From assembly GCA_016699145.1 (NCBI GenBank), contig CP064962.1, positions 270,001 to 302,000 on the forward strand: a DNA stretch of 32,000 bases, in the 5' to 3' direction. Shown in pieces: positions 31,801-32,000 of the stretch. The stretch comes from Candidatus Saccharimonadota bacterium (GTDB taxonomy: Bacteria; Patescibacteriota; Gracilibacteria; UBA1369; 2-02-FULL-48-14). A model generated the notes under the pieces. That model worked only from the letters and a program-made list of their open reading frames with translations, had not been told where the DNA came from and searched no databases. The number at the start of each line of letters is the position of its first letter. Positions within the stretch are counted from its first letter, which is position 1. A program made the position numbers and the translations under genes.

Positions 31801-32000
31801 TACCTTGGAACCGGAGTGGGAGCCGCAGTGGGCCTCGGCCTTGAAGAAGGCGGCACTTCCGTGAAATTGGCCTACCTGGAAGCAGGCCGTGATTTGAACG
31901 CAGCAGCTCAAAGAAAATTCCGTGAACTCAAAGAAAAAAATCCTGAGTTTGAAAAAGAACTCAACGACTATATTCTTAAAACCTTGGACGCCTATCGCGC
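28816..32000 (+). CDS. Very large hypothetical protein (at least 1,061 aa, 3' end beyond the window); not present in the supplied ORF track
   Basis: I translated frame 1 codon by codon. There is a stop at 28795..28797, the first ATG is at 28816, and no stop follows through 32000. Codon usage resembles the neighbouring genes. The N-terminus is MAIFPHSSAFFNPWKKNLFFFMSGEAPSSG. I recognise no signal peptide or known catalytic motif. Confidence 0.8.
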   Translation, partial: MAIFPHSSAFFNPWKKNLFFFMSGEAPSSGAEALPAWKETLLLQIEQAELRTEDEDRLRKEVKDWKPTENERQDQFELRMRYATNKAEIAKRTGEKYGDLVKELTAGKKAKDALPFLQNTEGKSLSDHVADHELEQGKQFTVNFGVGVEGINQTQARQAQRRIGLHHIFADQPEITRLAVTDTKGNTVTVLRCPDGRYREEGKLNKKRHHPIYQGYSVKILEIGGKDEAKKMATQEAEMKSDQKMEKAAQSRLQDAQASEAKAAESSSVAQNETHKKAALEMAGVQSGKPEAVASEIALSPEEEQAFNEQNRLLRNGVNALTQEVFLSDSKAGEIKTACEQELTDKKFKSIVYEGREGELQKVTLTLVDKKGIEHKYTGTSSHPIGVNAFVDENLPGIAPGAESVKAYAWNREAFKDLIKDLAKTGGEIVHPEHSSPYDNGVIYGGVRKAATTGEEGGTLAEVANPEYGKAHQNLSQVDRNNDGSIDIKDYEYVQSLKTGEGARLPDALKKWTVADFEANKHRIDHMDQFWDSLQVLGKQSGKTEMELLRPFLDGNKITYQELCRQVYGQSPEKLWEDYSEMRDALTRQNAQSDSEKTNIKKKDRMGESKDEYYTYAELKAATQNDEAFFEASYRLLEATRVLEKNKSSIVEGSVENGTPETAKKLVAQLFDPTDTAPLARRTLGEVLRGEEIEASMDSTHRDYLMKGENRYETHISSAGAYALLLGEFAHGAEMDYKGLSARLTQMRKAGLLFYEQMAPKDQERLNRSLAKEWGITAEAVPAKLKAAAEGAALDENKLQSEKPFTPEEILLIQLGMIPEASRREAADVASVERIKLKEMNEEARNKVAEAVKAIGKAYQEKTGQTLSEEELKSLEQEALNQLVIRENKGALGLAFKVSDGNVDAGAGYARELVRVPMGDKGYLSINAGVGVACIEELRIVETLSVGADVKVGTRFGKEDQNRASAAVGAAISVGKVNLGAKVGIQVKKDSERVWYLGTGVGAAVGLGLEEGGTSVKLAYLEAGRDLNAAAQRKFRELKEKNPEFEKELNDYILKTLDAYR

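Noticed and set aside
31123-31911. 262-aa minus-strand ORF, the longest ORF listed by the track in the final 3 kb.
   Set aside because: It lies entirely antisense to the uninterrupted + strand frame of at least 1,061 codons. Its sequence is low-complexity (Ser/Phe/Gly/His/Cys-rich) and mirrors the Gly/Ala/Val codons of the sense strand. It is a shadow ORF.

Overview
This is a compact, gene-dense bacterial window of about 48% GC with the standard genetic code; TGA is used as a stop. There are no recognisable Shine-Dalgarno sites, and many genes overlap or abut. This style, together with several SLH-domain envelope proteins and an archaeal-type triosephosphate isomerase, suggests a CPR/Peregrinibacteria-like genome, but that placement is inference only. 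Most of the window is housekeeping: secDF (5' partial), tRNA-Arg(UCG), priA, trpS, pyrG, lgt, greA, rpoD, dnaG, a WecA/TagO-like GT4 transferase, truB, a MurE-type ligase, a stand-alone riboflavin kinase and tpiA. Between these sit envelope and orphan genes. They include four SLH-domain proteins (one an HExxH metalloprotease with an FN3 domain), four lipobox lipoproteins, an O-antigen-ligase-family membrane protein with a paralog-like neighbour, a membrane protein with two PilC/GspF-type N-terminal motifs, and a 620-aa membrane-anchored orphan. The main result concerns the last 3.2 kb (28816..32000, + strand). It is one uninterrupted reading frame of at least 1,061 codons that runs off the window and is missing from the supplied ORF track, which lists only short antisense shadow ORFs there. 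Its product matches no family I recognise. It carries an EF-hand-like loop and a Gly/Ala/Val-rich amphipathic module. The second result is that tpiA has a 1-nt frame disruption in a G run. Its conserved C-terminus (GVVKAADPMAALRDL) is encoded in another frame. I found no CRISPR arrays, transposases, integrases or rRNA genes.
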